Shown: positions 9,875 through 20,869 of the stretch, one piece after another
Position numbering within the stretch: the stretch's first letter is position 1
Layout of the letters: every line of letters starts with the position of its first letter
DNA from: Diplonema japonicum
Lineage: Eukaryota; Protista; Euglenozoa: Diplonemea
Assembly (NCBI GenBank): GCA_964019335.1
Contig: OZ025719.1
Location: forward strand, 62,001 to 126,000
Direction: 5' to 3'
Length of the DNA: 64,000 nucleotides
Program-made: the position numbers and the translations under genes
The notes under the pieces: generated by a model
Database searches by the model: none
Told to the model about the DNA's origin: nothing
The model's input: the letters and a program-made list of their open reading frames with translations, nothing else

Positions 9875-11914
9875 ATGAAAACCCAAGGATGGCGGCAGTT
9901 CTCTTGTTTAGTCTTGTTACTCATCTCAATCCCACATGCACTGGGTAGACCAACATGCGTTTATCTGAGTATGCCGCAGATATGTAATGATGGGTCGGAC
10001 CTAACAGGTATTTATGAGAAGGACCCCTGGTCGTGGAGAGCGACCTGGAGGAGGACCAATGGGGGCCACCACATCTTCGAGGAGTCTCCTGGGATATGGC
10101 GGCTGAACGCCAACTCTGGAAGGCAGTACTTTAGGTGGATGGTGTGCAGCACAGCGAATGGTCCAAACAGCAAGTACCCCTCAGGGATGGATGCTTGCTG
10201 CAACCAAGGCGGCAACGAAAAAAGGAACTGCGGGAATTTTTGCGGGAGTATCGTTAGTTGCACGGACGCACCATCGACTGCCGTGCCCACTGCGATCCCC
10301 ACCACTGCACCCGTTACTGCAGTCCCTACTGTTCCTCCGACTGCAATCCCAACAGCTGAGCCCACCGCGATCCCAACTGCTGAGCCTACTGCAATCCCAA
10401 CAGCTGAGCCCACCGCGATCCCTACAGCTGAGCCCACCGCGATCCCAACTGCCGAGCCTACTGCAATCCCAACAGCTGAGCCCACTGCGATCCCAACTGC
10501 TGAGCCTACTGTAATTCCAGCAGCCGAGCCCACCGCGATCCCAACAGCATTCCCCATGTCGGCGCGTGCCTCCCTTACGACCGCCGAGCCCACTTCACCG
10601 ATTGGTGTACCTGCCGACACACCCACACCTTCCACTGCTGATGGTGCCATGCTGTCGACTCCTGTCCCCACGATACCTGAGCTGCTCAGTGCTAAATCAA
10701 CAGAGAGGGCGGGTGTCGGAGCTGCATCAGCAGCGGGCTTCGGGGCGGGAGCGGCAGCGGGAACGGCAATGCGACTGGTGCTGATCTCCGACACGTGCAT
10801 CGTCGGCGACCACGTGCGGCAGCTCCCTTGGATGTTCCACCCGACGCGGATCAAGATCGGGGGCAGCGAGCCTGCGGGGGCGGTGGTGGGGAACTTCTCC
10901 ATCGTGGTGGGGTTCACGCTTTTGATGAAGGGGGTGATGATGGTTGCGGGGCTGTTCCCGGAAGTGTCGCGCTTCCTGAAGACGAGCGACCCCGAGGGCT
11001 TTCTACGCTTCCCCTCTGCACCCCTCTTCGTCTTCCAATGGTTCTACCAAGGGACAACCCTGAGCTCCATGCTCCTCCTGTTCTACCCTCCCAGCGTTTT
11101 AGGGTTCTTGTTGGGTGTTGCTTCCTGCCTGTTCTGCACGGCTGTTCCCTTCGTCGTTCTTGTGTCGGTGCATCGGGGTGTCCCGAAGGAGGCGATCTAC
11201 CGTGTGGACACAGAGGAGCATGGATGGGTGAGCACTTGTATCGTGGGCCCTGGGGAGTGGGTGAGCTTTCGGGAAGAGCGTCACTGGGTGCAGCGGTGGG
11301 CGTCTGTGACGAAGACGTACTGCGAGGAGATGGTGTGGTTCTCGTTCGTCGATTTTTCAGCGTCGTTCTGCTTGGCGGCGATGGCGGCGATAAGGACACA
11401 CGGGGCAGTACAGTGCGGCTACGTCAAAACCTTTCAAGGGTGCATTTTCGTAGCGCTGCTATTATTCGAATCGAAGTACTGGCCGCATGTGAGGATGCGG
11501 GACTCCGTCGCAGACTTCATGACAATCGGTGCGCAGGCTGTGGCACTATTTTCTATCGGCGCCGGGTACCACTACAAGAAGCACCCTATGGACAACCTCT
11601 TCAGGACAGCGGACACGCTCCTTGCAGCTGCTTCGGTCATCGTTCTCATAAAAGTAGGGCTTGATATCTGTACTGAAGGGTACATCTTCATAACGGGCCG
11701 CCGCCGTAGGTTGCAGGAAGCGGAATGGAGGAAGAGAAGCCTCAGCAATGTTTCGTCCGACTTGGTAGCGGAGCCCTGCTCGGGGGGCTACTCGCGTGTG
11801 CCTGATAACATCACCAATTCGGTGGCGTCCACAGAGCTGCGGCTCACACCGGCTTCGAGGGAGTTTAGTTACACTGACAACAGTATGAGGTTGGAGAGTA
11901 GTTCTTGGTTATGA
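9875..11914 (+). CDS. Surface protein paralogue 2 (signal peptide, Cys head, mucin stalk, ~7 TM)
   Basis: ATG 9875 (MKTQGWRQFSCLVLLLISIPHALG); same TM core as paralogues 1 and 3. Confidence 0.85.
   Translation: MKTQGWRQFSCLVLLLISIPHALGRPTCVYLSMPQICNDGSDLTGIYEKDPWSWRATWRRTNGGHHIFEESPGIWRLNANSGRQYFRWMVCSTANGPNSKYPSGMDACCNQGGNEKRNCGNFCGSIVSCTDAPSTAVPTAIPTTAPVTAVPTVPPTAIPTAEPTAIPTAEPTAIPTAEPTAIPTAEPTAIPTAEPTAIPTAEPTAIPTAEPTVIPAAEPTAIPTAFPMSARASLTTAEPTSPIGVPADTPTPSTADGAMLSTPVPTIPELLSAKSTERAGVGAASAAGFGAGAAAGTAMRLVLISDTCIVGDHVRQLPWMFHPTRIKIGGSEPAGAVVGNFSIVVGFTLLMKGVMMVAGLFPEVSRFLKTSDPEGFLRFPSAPLFVFQWFYQGTTLSSMLLLFYPPSVLGFLLGVASCLFCTAVPFVVLVSVHRGVPKEAIYRVDTEEHGWVSTCIVGPGEWVSFREERHWVQRWASVTKTYCEEMVWFSFVDFSASFCLAAMAAIRTHGAVQCGYVKTFQGCIFVALLLFESKYWPHVRMRDSVADFMTIGAQAVALFSIGAGYHYKKHPMDNLFRTADTLLAAASVIVLIKVGLDICTEGYIFITGRRRRLQEAEWRKRSLSNVSSDLVAEPCSGGYSRVPDNITNSVASTELRLTPASREFSYTDNSMRLESSSWL
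10276..10550 (+). repeat. Coding tandem repeat, 24-nt unit (8 aa, PTAIPTAE), about 9 copies
   Basis: Units of the type actgcaatcccaacagctgagccc. Confidence 0.9.
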
Positions 11915-12784
11915 AGTGTGGTATGAGTTGTGGTGATGCCTGCAGCGAGAGGACTCTCGTGATGCAAATCCCTTTTTTTTTTCCCCCTCCCGCGAAACAC
12001 TATTTCGGGGTTTTTTTTTTCTTCTTCTATTTCTGTTCATGGTTCTAGCGGGGCAACATTAATCGCATTTTGGCTTTGGCAAAATAAAAAGTTGCCCCCC
12101 CCCCCCCCCCCCCCCCTCCACTACCGAGAGGAAATGACAAGGACCAGGCACGCCATGTGAAAGGTGGCACCGCACAGGTCAGAAGCTCACTTGACTACAA
12201 TCACCGCTGCCACCCTATGTACTTTATGGTACACTTGGAGCCGACTGTGGTGGTTGTACTGAGCGCTGTTTGACTTGTGTTATTTTGATTGTTAAAAGAT
12301 CGATTTTTTTTTGTATTGCACTACGGACTTTTTTTTTTAGGGCCCGGTGGAACGAACATGTTGGAGTCTTGAAGGATATTTGAAATATTGTGTTCATCCC
12401 TCTAATGTTCCTCCGATCTAACCAGAATTCTTTTTTTTTTCTCTCTCTTCACGTGTGGTCCTTCTGGAAAGGAGCAGTTGGTAACATAAAGGTTAAGGGT
12501 ATTTTTTTTTTTTTTTTAAAGGTGACTCCCTTCTCCTTGCAGTGCGAAAAAGAGTTCCCCCTTCCCTTGCTCTGTGCGGTGTTTCCTCTGTCCCCCCCTC
12601 CCCCCCCGAACCATGTTTCAGTGCACATCAGCTAAAAGAGTTTGGATGATGAAGGCCGTTGTTTTTCACCCCCCCCCCCTATTCTAGCAATCACTCCCAG
12701 GAACAAAGCGGGGGCGTTACGGACGGACGTGGCAGTCTTTAATCATTTATTTTAGATGGCCATCCAAAAAAAAAAAAAGGAAAT

Positions 12785-13435
12785 AACTATTTATTAAATG
12801 AAAATAAGATTGTATTATTTCACGCGGGGTGGCAGGGGGTTTAACGAGAGAGGATCTTACTTCACGAGCGTAGCGAGTGTAGTAATAATTTCGAGTTAAA
12901 CCCGCCACCACAAGTGAAATAATGCACTTATTTTCATTTAATATGTTGTTTTATTTAATAAGAGCCGGGTTTGAAAGGGTGGGAGGCTACAGGTGCAGGG
13001 CACAGGTCACAAGAAGAAATCAAAACTGAGAGGCAGCAAAAAAGGTTGGGTATTACAAGCTACAAGGGGATTTCATTCTCGTTCGTCTTAACATTAATGT
13101 TGATGTCGAGGCTTATCCTGTGCATCGCTACCGCCGGAACCATCTGAGGTTGCATGTATGGTGGATGCGGGGGCCCACTGCAGAATCTTGATTCTGGGAT
13201 GGGTTGGGCAGACTGACTAGCATCCCATAGTTTTCTGTGTTTCTAGGGAGTTTGGCTTAAAATAGGTGCAGGAGTGACATAATGTAACATTATATCGCTC
13301 CTGTACATTATGTCACTCCTGGGCCTTATTTCTCTATAAGCTGGGAGTGAATATAATGTTGAGCGTGATATAAAGTGAAATATTATTTTCACTCCCACCC
13401 TTGAAAACCCGGCTCGAATTAAATAAAAAGAACTG
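12785..13435 (-). mobile_element. Non-autonomous hairpin-ended element, Crypton-like (copy 1)
   Basis: ~152-bp imperfect hairpin 12792-12943 with centre cacgagcgtagcgagtg; subterminal IR 12949-12985/13392-13428; 18-bp perfect IR 13269-13321; termini YAGTT on the - strand; homologous to 43586-43990. The Crypton assignment is inference. Confidence 0.65.
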
Positions 13436-14510
13436 AGAATCATGTTATATACCCCTCAAACTTGTGAAGAAGAAAGAAAAATAGACAAGTGCCGTTGACA
13501 CCCTTTTCTTTTTCTTTCCCCCCCCCCCTTTTTTTTTACAGATCTCCCTTTTGAATATCCCCCGTTCTTAGAGAATGTTTCGGGGAAGGGGGGGGAAACA
13601 AAAGAGAAATAAAAAAAAAGTTAGTTATCATACAGCTCCCCATGCTGTTTCTAAGAGGCTTAACTGTACATGTCTCAAAGATGATAATGGAAGAAGAACG
13701 AAGAAGAAAAATAGAAAGACAGATATGAGCTCGCCCGGAAAAAGAATGGGGAAAAAAAAATGTCCACACCTTTTTTTCTTTTTCTTTTTTTTTTTTTTTT
13801 TTTACCCAAACAGCCCCCTATTTGGAGGGACTGCGACCGATGTTCTTAGCGCAGATGCCGTCCATGACGGACAGGCAAACCCCGACGGCCGACACCAGGA
13901 TGCAACCGCAGAATGGTGACAGGCACGTGTAGGATCCCCAGTCCACGGTGGGCACCAACCAGCGCACCGCAAAAATAGATCGAGTTTTTTTTTGCTTGAA
14001 CAAGAAAAACAATATAGTTGTGCACCAATCAACCGACTCTTTTTTTTGGGGGGGGGAGGTCCGAAGATTTTCTTGAAGGGACGCACCCCTAGCACAGTAG
14101 TGTGTTTCTTCTTCTTCTTTCTATCTTTCTTCTTCTTTCCCTCCTCATTTATAGTATTTTTTCAACCGTCTTGCAAACTTCATATCCCCCCCTCCACTAT
14201 ATCCTTTTGTTTTTGTACCAGCACAGGTGAGTAGCTACACCTGGACTGCCTTGGGACGAGAGACGCAACTTTCTCTCGAACTGACAATGAAAAAAAGAAT
14301 GGGGAAAACCCTCGCCCGGCTCCTAAAAGAGCAGTTCTCGGGGGGTATTTTTTTGTTATACAGCAGCATTATGTGTCTCCCCCCCCCCCCCCCCCCCTGG
14401 GTTTTTCGAAATATGTTAACGTTGTGTAAACCTTTCATTTACATGTAAGCAAAACAAAAAAAAATCAATAATGGTTTGGTTTGGTTTCTATTTATTTCCT
14501 CTTCCCCACT

Positions 14511-14511
14511 T

Positions 14512-14570
<59 letters not shown>

Positions 14571-14571
14571 T
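14511..14571. repeat. (TATT)n microsatellite
   Basis: Direct inspection. Confidence 0.95.
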
Positions 14572-14910
14572 TTTTTTTACGATTTTTCTCCCTCTCTCTC
14601 ACTTCTCTTCCCCCCTCCAGATCCTAGACCCCTCTTATAACCTTCGAGACTTCTGCAGAAAAGGTCGAAGGCAAGTCCACAAGCAATTCAAAGAAAAACC
14701 CCTGCTTCTGGATCATTATTCCCATACTCAGAGGAACCCCCCCCCCCCCATCTCGAAAAGATATATGGGGGATGCATCTAGGATTCTCTTTTTTTTCTAT
14801 TGCCCTTTTCTCTTCTTTTCATTATTCTTTTTGATTGCGCGGGGGGGGGGAGAAAAAAAGGGAAACCAAAAGGAACCCCTTCATCTTTTACACAAAACAA
14901 ACAAACAAAA

Positions 14911-15135
14911 ATGACCTTTCGTGTCTGCATCTCTGGAAACACCATCGGCGACATCCATGACGCCATTGCAGCACCCACCAAGGGCTGCCTTGCGCTCCCA
15001 AAGCCATCTGGCCCCATCGTGAAGCCGACTGGGAAGGGACCCTCGCTGACACATCAGGTAAGAGACGAACTATTAAAATAAAAAAAAAAAACCCCTACAC
15101 AGCTCAGCCTTGCGCCAAGCAAGAACAAGAAGTAG
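14911..15135 (+). CDS. Small basic protein (59 aa) with one intron
   Basis: ATG after an A-rich leader; CAG|gtaaga...cctacacag|CTC intron 15058-15102 (45 nt); product MTFRVCISGNTIGDIHDAIAAPTKGCLALPKPSGPIVKPTGKGPSLTHQLSLAPSKNKK*. Confidence 0.65.
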
Positions 15136-15184
15136 GCACGTGCACCACACTGTACCCCAATTTACACAAAGTAGACGTTGTTTT

Positions 15185-15230
15185 GGTTATTATTCCTCAT
15201 TTCTTTTATTCACTCCCCATTTCCCCTCAG
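15185..15230 (+). promoter_or_regulatory. Putative trans-splice acceptor for the 15247 gene
   Basis: Pyrimidine tract ending ttcccctcag, 16 nt before the ATG. Confidence 0.45.
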
Positions 15231-15246
15231 GATCCTTCATGACTCT

Positions 15247-18200
15247 ATGCCCACTCTCAAACACCTGATTCCCTTCTTCCTTCTCCCGTGCCTCCATGCC
15301 GCCAGACCCACCTGCGTCTACGTTACTCTGCCCAGTCCCTGCAACAACGGCAATGACCCCACAGGTTTCTACATAAAAGACAACAGCGCTTCGAGGGACA
15401 CATGGCGAAACGGGGGTTTCCACATCTACGAAGAGTCAGCTACGGTTTGGCGGCTCAGCAACGGGGCGCAATACTTCCGCTGGATGGGGTGCAGCACGGC
15501 TAGTGGCCCGAGTGGCCTTTACCCCACGGGCCTCGACTCCTGCTGCAACCAGGGGGGCAATGAGATAAGTAATTGTGGGAACTTCTGCGCGACAGCTGTT
15601 AGTTGCACAGACGCTCCTGACACCCTTGCGCCACCAACACCGGCACCAGCCACACCAGCACCAGCAACACCAGCACCAGCTACACCTGCGCCTGCTACAC
15701 CGGCGCCAGCCACAACGGCACCAGCCACACCAGCACCTGCTACACCATCACCTGCTACACCGGCGCCAGCAACACCAGCGCCAGCCACAACGGCACCGGC
15801 CACACCAGCACCAGCAACTCCAGCACCTGCTACACCGGCGCCAGCAACACCAGCGCCAGCAACTCCAGCACCTGCTACACCAGCGCCAGCAACACTTGCG
15901 CCAGCCACAACGGCACCGGCCACACCAGCACCTGCTACACCGGCGCCAGCAACACCAGCGCCAGCAACTCCAGCACCTGCTACAACGGCGCCAGCAACAC
16001 CGGCACCAGCCACACCAGCACCTGCTACAACGGCACCAGCAACACCTGCGCCTGCTACACTGGCACCAGCAACTCCAGCACCTGCTACAACGGCGCCAGC
16101 AACACCGGCACCAGCCACACCAGCACCTGCTACAACGGCACCAGCAACACCTGCGCCTGCTACACTGGCACCAGCAACTCCAGCACCCGCTACAACGGCA
16201 CCAGCCACAACGGCACCTGCTACTACGCCCCCGGCAACACCGGCGCCAGCCACACCAGCACCCGCTACAACGGCACCAGCTACACCAGCACCAACAACAC
16301 CGGCACCCGCTACAACGGCGCCAGCAACACCGGCACCCGCTACAACGGCACCTGCTACTACGTCCCCGGCAACACCGGCACCAGCCACAACGGCACCAGT
16401 TACACCAGCACCTGCTACAACAGCACCCGCTACAATGGCGCCAGCCACTCCGGCACCAGCAACACCAGCACCCGCTACAACAATACCAGCAACACCAGCA
16501 CCCGACACCCCTATTCCTGCACCAGCCACACCAGCACCAGCCACAACGGCACCCGCCACATCGGCACCGGCTTCAACAGCTCCAGCCACAACGGCACCCG
16601 CCACATCAGCACCCGCTACAACAGCTCCAGCCACACCGACACCAGCTACATCAGCACCTGATTCCCCCGTTCCTAACACTCTCGTACCCGACACAGCAGT
16701 ACCGACTGCAATACCTACCTCAGCACCAGACACGCCAGCACCTGATTCTCCTGCACCTGACACTGCAGCTCCCACAAGCACACCGACTGCCGAGCCGACC
16801 TTGTCACCGCCCACTGTTGTCCCTACGGCCGAGCCGACTTCAACTCCTACTTCCACACCAACATCAGAACCAACACAAGCCCCTCCTACTACGCCCCCCA
16901 CTGCTGTTCCCACTGGAGCACCTCTCACTGCGGCGCCTGCTGCTGGGCCCACCTTGATACCTATCACAGCATCTCCAACGTTAATCCCCACTGCGATACC
17001 AACAGGTAGCCCTCCGGTCACGCCTACCTTCCCTCCCATAACCTTAATGCCCGTAGCAGCAATACCTACAGCACCTCCGACAGCTGAGCCGACAAGCACT
17101 CCAACAACGCAACCTGCCACAGTGCCCCCCGCGGTGCCTCGGACCGGGGTCCCTGTTACGGAAGCCCCTACGGGATCACCAGGAAAAGCAACAGCTGGGC
17201 CGACGGGAGCACCTGAGACAACGGGTGTGCCAGGGGGGACCTCTGCGCCGACAGGGGCCCCCGAGACCCCTGCTCCGACGACGCACGAGCTTTCCGGGTC
17301 GGCGACGACGGAGGCGGTTGGGGCGGGGGCAGCGTCTGCAGCGGGCCTCGGGGCGGGAGCTGCAGCGGGGACTGCGATGCGACTGGTGCTGATCTCCGAC
17401 TCGTGCGTGATCGGGGACTACGTGCGGCAGCTCCCTTGGATGTTCCACCCGACGCGGATCAAGATCGGGGGCAGCGAGCCTGCGGGGGCGGTGGTGGGGA
17501 ACTTCTCCATCGTGGTGGGGTTCACGCTCCTGATGAAGGGGGTGATGATGGTTGCGGGGCTGTTCCCGGGGGTGTCGCGCTTCCTAAAAACGAGCGACCC
17601 CGAGGGCTTTCTACGCTTCCCCTCTGCACCCCTCTTCGTCTTCCAATGGTTCTACCAAGGGACAACCCTGAGCTCCATGCTCCTCCTGTTCTACCCTCCC
17701 AGCGTTTTAGGGTTCTTGTTGGGTGTTGCTTCCTGCCTGTTCTGCACGGCTGTTCCCTTCGTCGTTCTTGTGTCGGTGCATCGGGGTGTCCCGAAGGAGG
17801 CGATCTACCGTGTGGACACAGAGGACAGGGGGCGGCTGTTCAACTTCATCGTGGGCCCTGGGGAGTGGGTGAGCCTTCGGGAAGAGCGTCACTGGGTGCA
17901 GCGGTGGGCGTCTGTGACGAAGACGTACACGCAGCACACAGCGTGGTTCTCGTTCGTCGATTTCTCGTCGTCGTTCTGCTTGGCGGCGATGGCCGCCTTC
18001 AAGACCTACAGCTACGCGCAGTGCGGACACATCAAAACCTTCCAAGCCTGTATATTTGTGGTGTTGTTGGCGATCGAAGCGAAGTACTGGCCGCATGTGA
18101 GGATGCGGGACTGCATGACGGACTTTGTCATGATAGGAGCGCAAGGCATCGGTCTTATCTTCATGGCGTTGGGTTTCTACGCCTCGGCACAGCCGACAGA

Positions 18201-18678
18201 CGCAAGGTTTGATGTGGCGAACCTCTTGATGGCAACAGCAGGGTACCTGCTTCTCATGAAGGTGGTACTGGATCTATGTACTGAAATATATGTGGTTGTA
18301 ACGGGGAGGAGGCGGCGGCTGCAGGAGGACACATGGAGGAAGAACTCCAATGAAATCGATACAGCTAGCTTGGAAGAACTCGTTGCAGCCTCAGACTCCC
18401 CCATTGGGGATACTCCTTCGCGCCTGTCGCTTTCACTCCTCTCAGTACCAGCCCACTCTCATACTGGGTCGGGGTCCACTTCGTTACCGACGCTGCCAAG
18501 GTCTGCGTCCTCTTCTGGCCGCGGGCGGCCTACGTTTTCTAATTCCTCTTCAGGGAATCTTGCTTCTGTTCGGGGGGCTCGTATGTATAACACAACACGA
18601 CTCCCCCCCAGGCATATCCATACTGGAGAAGCAGAACTCAGTGCGCTTAAAAACCAAAACACTGTTTCTAAAGTTTAA
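15247..18678 (+). CDS. Surface protein paralogue 3 (signal peptide, Cys head, long mucin stalk, ~7 TM, Ser-rich tail)
   Basis: ATG 15247 ([19 protein letters not shown]); head similar to paralogue 2, TM core identical to paralogue 1. Confidence 0.85.
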   Translation: MPTLKHLIPFFLLPCLHAARPTCVYVTLPSPCNNGNDPTGFYIKDNSASRDTWRNGGFHIYEESATVWRLSNGAQYFRWMGCSTASGPSGLYPTGLDSCCNQGGNEISNCGNFCATAVSCTDAPDTLAPPTPAPATPAPATPAPATPAPATPAPATTAPATPAPATPSPATPAPATPAPATTAPATPAPATPAPATPAPATPAPATPAPATPAPATLAPATTAPATPAPATPAPATPAPATPAPATTAPATPAPATPAPATTAPATPAPATLAPATPAPATTAPATPAPATPAPATTAPATPAPATLAPATPAPATTAPATTAPATTPPATPAPATPAPATTAPATPAPTTPAPATTAPATPAPATTAPATTSPATPAPATTAPVTPAPATTAPATMAPATPAPATPAPATTIPATPAPDTPIPAPATPAPATTAPATSAPASTAPATTAPATSAPATTAPATPTPATSAPDSPVPNTLVPDTAVPTAIPTSAPDTPAPDSPAPDTAAPTSTPTAEPTLSPPTVVPTAEPTSTPTSTPTSEPTQAPPTTPPTAVPTGAPLTAAPAAGPTLIPITASPTLIPTAIPTGSPPVTPTFPPITLMPVAAIPTAPPTAEPTSTPTTQPATVPPAVPRTGVPVTEAPTGSPGKATAGPTGAPETTGVPGGTSAPTGAPETPAPTTHELSGSATTEAVGAGAASAAGLGAGAAAGTAMRLVLISDSCVIGDYVRQLPWMFHPTRIKIGGSEPAGAVVGNFSIVVGFTLLMKGVMMVAGLFPGVSRFLKTSDPEGFLRFPSAPLFVFQWFYQGTTLSSMLLLFYPPSVLGFLLGVASCLFCTAVPFVVLVSVHRGVPKEAIYRVDTEDRGRLFNFIVGPGEWVSLREERHWVQRWASVTKTYTQHTAWFSFVDFSSSFCLAAMAAFKTYSYAQCGHIKTFQACIFVVLLAIEAKYWPHVRMRDCMTDFVMIGAQGIGLIFMALGFYASAQPTDARFDVANLLMATAGYLLLMKVVLDLCTEIYVVVTGRRRRLQEDTWRKNSNEIDTASLEELVAASDSPIGDTPSRLSLSLLSVPAHSHTGSGSTSLPTLPRSASSSGRGRPTFSNSSSGNLASVRGARMYNTTRLPPRHIHTGEAELSALKNQNTVSKV
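15637..16660 (+). repeat. Coding tandem repeat, 15-nt unit (5 aa, [10 protein letters not shown]), more than 60 copies
   Basis: Units of the type ccagcaacaccagca. Confidence 0.9.
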
Positions 18679-19755
18679 AGCTGTAAAAAAAAAAGGGAAC
18701 GAAAGAAAAAAAAAGAAATAAAGAGAGGGTGTTTAAAAAAAAAAAAAAAGGAAATGGCTCTTATCAAATCCTTTTTCTTTTTTTTTTTTTTTCCATCCAT
18801 TTTGTCTTTGTCTTTCGCCCCAAATAAAAAAGAACAAGTGAGCAAACACCCCCCCCCCTTTTTTTTCTGCTACCTAAGAGACTTATATTTTCCTTGTGGG
18901 AATTAACAGAATCTGAATGGGAAATGAGGGGAAAGAAAAAAAGAAAACAGAAAGGAAAAACCAAAGAGAAGAGGGTGGGGGAAAAGAAACACAGGTTATG
19001 CTCCTCCCGCAAAACACCCCTCTTGTATCCATAACAGTTATTCGTTAGCTTCCCCTCCTCCCCTTTTTTTTTCGAATTGTAGATGCTCAGCACAGAATCG
19101 TGGTTATCCGGGGCGCCCTGGCTGGGGATGAGCTGCACACTGCGCGCATTAAGGACGCGACGCGGCATACGGAAGAAGCTAGCTCCTCCGAGGTGCGCCC
19201 CCCCTAATCAAGTAGACAGTGCTCGTAGGTAGCGCCACCAACACTGGCCTCTTTATCTCTTATATATTTCTTTTTCTTTTTTCTTTTTCTTTGGATGGGA
19301 ACAGATCGATACTGAGATATTTAGTTACTCCTCTTGCGAGCGTCCCCCCTCCTCTCCCTCCTGAGAGGCGGCGGACTTGCGGTGCCCAGGCCACAGGTTC
19401 CACGAACTCGTCGTGCGGAGCCTTATTCCCTGTGCAGCTCAGGTTTGCCAACTTGACTCCCCCCCCCCCGCGCCCGAAACTTAACATATCCCCCCTTTTT
19501 TTGGTTACGTATTGGAATTGACTACCCTCCACTCCTGCTACCTTTCTTATCATGTTGGGAAAACCATACCTGATGCACCCGAGGGCATATCCATGCCCTT
19601 TACTGCATTGCTCAGTCTTTGGGGCATCAGGCTGAAACCAAAAAAAAAAAAAAAAAAAAAAAAAGAGGGGGAAAGGGGGGAGGGGGTGGGCAGGACAAGC
19701 CACTTTGCCGTGGTTTCTTTGTCCCTCGTCTCCCTCTGCCCTTTATTCGACAAGT

Positions 19756-19791
<36 letters not shown>

Positions 19792-20064
19792 CTTTACACC
19801 CTTTTGTTTTCTTGTATTAACAATTGTATATGTCCAGTGCCCCTAAAGACTATTCGTTGGCTTGGTGCAGTTAGTTTGATACAAAAAGAAAAATGCCAGA
19901 ATAGGTTTTCGTGTCATGATGTCTAGTTCTAGTTATGTTTCTCCTCTCTGTCCTCGTGTCTCTCCCCCTCCCCCTTTGCCTTGTGCCCCTCTTCAGCTTA
20001 TCACGGTAGAAGCAATCTACGTAACATTGGCCTTAGTTGCGGGACGAGGGAGGGGGTAAAATCT

Positions 20065-20116
<52 letters not shown>

Positions 20117-20163
20117 CTAGGAGCTGGCACGCAGTATAGCTACCTTTTATGGTTTCACCCCAA

Positions 20164-20346
20164 GGCTATGTTGGCAAGGGAACGCGTTTCCAAGCATTTC
20201 TTTTTTTGAAAATAAGGAAACATTTTTCGGGGGCGGTCTCCCTTAAGAAAGGAACACGTTTCCTCCCGCGTTTCCTTAAGTAATCTGAAAAGAAAAAAAA
20301 CAAGGAAACGGATACGGAAACGTTTCCGTTTTTTGCCAACATGGCC
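20164..20346. mobile_element. MITE, possibly PIF/Harbinger (Tourist-like), 183 bp
   Basis: 14-bp TIR ggctatgttggcaa / ttgccaacatggcc; internal gtttcc/ggaaac motifs; the 3-bp flanks caa/cta are imperfect. Confidence 0.55.
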
Positions 20347-20349
20347 CTA

Positions 20350-20763
20350 GGGGGTCATGTGTGGTCGATGAAGTCACTTTTTTCAATTTGCCAAAGAATG
20401 TGTCTAACAGCCTATAAAGGTGAAAAGGATTCTGGGTAGTAAAAAAACATCAGGTTAGGTGGTTTCTCTGGTGTTTAGCACTTTATTTGCTTTTAACGCG
20501 ACGAAGTCGAGAGAAAAAAAAGTTTTTTTTTGCCCGCATGTGGTTCCGGCAAGTACAAGGCTCCCTGTGGGCTAATATGGGGACGATTCACCCCAATTTT
20601 CCCTTGAAGATGGCCTTTTCTTTCCTGACGGAGGTGTTGGGGCAATTTTTTGAAGATCGTCATCTTTATTGACCCGAAACACCTTGCCAACGTTCCCCTT
20701 TTGTTTAGACAAGTCAAACTTTGGGCCTATGAACCCGATTGTCTGGTCGAAAACACATAGAAA

Positions 20764-20812
<49 letters not shown>

Positions 20813-20869
20813 CTGGCAAAACTGAAAAAAGTGACGTTATCGACGTTTTTAAGGCTCTCCCCCCCCCCC
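20350..20869. mobile_element. Unclassified MITE, ~520 bp, abutting the previous element
   Basis: Subterminal IR gtcgatgaagtcacttttttcaatttgcca / tggcaaaactgaaaaaagtgacgttatcgac; ends TA|GGGGG...CCCCC|TA. Confidence 0.55.

Noticed and set aside
19081-19460. GC-rich islands in spacers (also 9295-9487, 12120-12290, 13811-13970, 62800-62990) as ncRNA or retroelement fragments
   Set aside because: No tRNA, snRNA, SL RNA or RT motif recognised and no second copy seen; needs Infernal/BLAST.
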